A stretch of 50,783 nucleotides of DNA from Hypanus sabinus (Eukaryota). Shown piece by piece: positions 48,367-50,783 of the stretch (positions within the stretch are counted from its first letter, which is position 1; each line of letters opens with the position of its first letter). The notes under the pieces are model-generated. The model ran no database searches, had not been told where the DNA came from, and was given only the letters and a program-made list of their open reading frames with translations. Location: NCBI RefSeq assembly GCF_030144855.1, contig NW_026779371.1, positions 62,001 through 112,783 on the forward strand. The letters run 5' to 3'. A program made the position numbers and the translations under genes.

Positions 48367-48972
48367 AATACACGGCCGACGAATCCGCCTCCAGTTTGTG
48401 TGATTTCAGTGAGAACTTGTTGATCTGCGGTCTCTCCGCAGTAAAACCGCCGACCAATTTCTTCGTTTGCACGGAATTAGCTGCGGTCGAGTGAAACATG
48501 TACTCCGGACCGGTTCCCGGGTATTGCCGTTACTAGTACAGCCAGTTGTCAGTAGCACTGGTAATACCCTCTACTGCACAACGCAGGGTCGCCTTCCGGC
48601 CGGAAGGTCCGGAGAAAGCCGGAGTCTGGTGGATCGTCACGGAGGTCGCGTCTGGAACAAGAGACGGGGGAGGCACAATGCTGTAAATGAACAGGGGGAC
48701 CGGGGTCATTTGGGAAGGGGAGAAAGAGGGTTCGTCGAGGGAAGGAAAGTGGATGTCTGAAGCTCCAGAGGAGGTGGGAATTCAAAGCCGGCGGCGAGGA
48801 CAGATAGCATGCGCTGACGCGAGGGCAGGTAAATCAAAAAGGAATGATTCGGAGACAACTGGAGGGCAAAGCAAGAGAAAGGAATGTGAAACGAAGGCAG
48901 AAGCAGAAAAACATAATATTTGTGGAGTTTCACTCACAGTGGAAGGCCAGGATGAATTGCACAAACAGATCT
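48367..48972 (-). pseudogene. TRBV: TCR beta V pseudogene V9; leader about 48972-48938 lacking ATG, exon 48651-48367
   Basis: ATSVTIHQTPAFSGPSGRKATLRCAVEGITSATDNWLY**RQYPGTGPEYMF...GFTAERPQINKFSLKSHKLEADSSAVY. WY has become TAG TAA, and the codons for the second Cys and the V end are missing before the heptamer. Confidence 0.92.
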
Positions 48973-49592
48973 TCCTTGGCAGGTTTAACTTCGCAGTGAT
49001 GAAAGCGGTGCGTGCAGTAGAGATGAATTCATTTACTGCGACCCCGTTTGTTACGTATCCCAGTGACGCAAGGTGTTTTTGTGGAAGAAGCAATCAGCCA
49101 CGCTCCTTCCTTGAACCTGCCCGGATTCGAGAGTTAGACATCCCTCCGGCGCAGCTCAGAAACTGTACTTCTCTACCTCGACACTCCCACTGTCACCGTG
49201 AGTCCTTCCCTTGTACACCGGGAGCCCGCTATTCGTGATCCAAAAACACCATTCACTGTGTATGTCCTATCCTTGCACACTGAGGGCCCAGCTGTTTGTC
49301 ATCTTTTCGCATCACTCCCGGGGCGTCTCCTGCCATTCTACACCGAACTCTAGCTGTTCCTGGTCATTTCGCAGCATTAATGGTGTGCGTACTACTGTTG
49401 TACATGCAGGTTCTCCTGTTCCTCAACACGAAGTGTCGAAACAGTGGGTAGTTTTCACCTACAAATCAAACAGAACGGTTTCAAAATTATCTGTGCTGAA
49501 TCGCTTCCGCCATTTTAATACCTAACTAGAGAAATACATGAAAAGCGCAGATGCGATATCGTCGCCCTTTATTTTTCTCAGTGGCAAAAACG

Positions 49593-49608
49593 CAGCGCCA
49601 CCTGTCGG
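49593..49608 (-). promoter_or_regulatory. CTCF-like motif 41 bp beyond the V10 nonamer
   Basis: CCGACAGGTGGCGCTG. Confidence 0.6.
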
Positions 49609-49649
49609 ACAGGCTCACCCCCACGCTCAGACTGACATCAAGCCGGTGA

Positions 49650-49688
49650 GGTTTTCGTTCAGCTCGTCCGTCTGACCCAGTCGCTGTG
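49650..49688 (-). other. 23-RSS of V10
   Basis: CACAGCG, 23-nt spacer actgggtcagacggacgagctga, ACGAAAACC. Confidence 0.9.
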
Positions 49689-50251
49689 ATCACTCCAGGT
49701 ACAGAAGTACACGGCTGACGAATTCGCCTCCAAGCCGACGGAGCTCAGCCTGAAGATGTAGCTGCTCGGCCTCTCTGCGGTAAAGCCGTACAGCGACCCC
49801 TTTGGTTCCTCGATGCCGGCATATGTAGAGTAGAACAAGTTCTCGAGCCCCTGTCCCGGGTATTGTCTGTACCAGAGCATCGTATCAGCCGTGTCGCTAC
49901 TCCCCTGGACAGTAGAGTTCAACTTCACAGCCCGGCCGGTAGGACTGGAGAAAGCTGGAATCTGGTGGATCATCACCGGGGTCACATCTGAGTAAGAGAG
50001 TGGGAGTGAAAAGAGGTGAGGGTGCGGACGGCGAGAACGGCGGTGTATAGAATAAGGGGGATTGAATTTGGGGTATTTTCGGGTGGCGGTCGGTACGAAG
50101 AAAGATCAGTGAGGACGGAAAAAAAGCGCATAACGAGACAGAAAAGGCAAGGTGACCTTCCGGACTCATGAACTCCAAGAAAAGTAACATTGAGCACGCA
50201 CAAACTCTCCTCACAGGGAGGCTCTGCAGTCCGGTCAGCACTCTGATACAT
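49689..50251 (-). pseudogene. TRBV: TCR beta V segment V10 (ORF or pseudogene): open V exon 49987-49689 with first Cys changed to Ser; doubtful leader 50251-50215
   Basis: VTPVMIHQIPAFSSPTGRAVKLNSTVQG...WYRQYPGQGLENLFYS...GFTAERPSSYIFRLSSVGLEANSSAVYFCTWSD. The in-phase 37-nt exon reads MYQSADRTAEPP, which is not hydrophobic. Confidence 0.88.
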
Positions 50252-50783
50252 GTCATCTGCACTTCCTGTTAAGCTTAAAATTCCTTCCAGTACAGAAGTG
50301 AACAGAACTTCTGGGCGTTATGGCCCTCATAGTGATGAGTCCACTTGTGTCAGGACAGGGTTAATCGGCTTTGTAGTAGTTTGGTGGAGAGGGCTGAAAT
50401 AATTAAATAAGTATATAGTCTCACCTGTTATTGAGAATTAGGTCACGTGTTCGGTAAGAATCAGTATACATTCCAGACAGCGATTGATATCACTGCTTAG
50501 CAGCAGAAGGCTCGGAATCTGAATTCGGTCATTAGTGCACCGAGACCTCTCCGCCATTTCATTACAGCTGATTCATTATCCCTCTCAACCACATTCTGGC
50601 GCACACTCCCCGTATCAATTGATGTCTCGACGAAGCAAGAGCCTATCACTCAAAAGGTACCAATGAAACTGACCCCATAGCTGTCTCCAGCGATAAATTC
50701 TACACATTCACCAGCCCCTGCGTAAGCAAATTTCTACCCATCTCGGTTCCAAAGGGAGGCCTTTCCTTTGTGAAATCTCGTCT

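Overview
Eukaryotic genomic DNA with six N gaps. It is most likely from a cartilaginous fish, probably a ray (inferred from the CR1, L1, V-SINE and HERO repeat content). The window is part of a T-cell receptor V-gene cluster, best read as TCR beta. Evidence: CAS/CAWS V ends, TRBV30-like frameworks, 23-bp-spacer RSSs, and the V-beta promoter decamer AGTGACGTCA about 100 bp upstream of a leader. About ten V segments or remnants lie in both orientations. Only one (14769-15443, minus) is intact in leader, splice sites, both cysteines and RSS. No D, J or C segments were seen. An intact two-exon GPR139/GPR142-like class A GPCR (365 aa) sits inside the cluster, with a truncated duplicate about 18 kb away. 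The main points of interest are: a V whose coding end is deleted exactly up to an intact heptamer (possible germline RAG open-and-shut scar); a reverse-oriented, cysteine-rich V whose 23-RSS has decayed and left a 13-spacer CAC signal; GPCR paralog divergence concentrated in extracellular loop 3; and a series of CTCF-like motifs among the V genes. All assignments come from manual reading; no database searches were run, and repeat boundaries are approximate.
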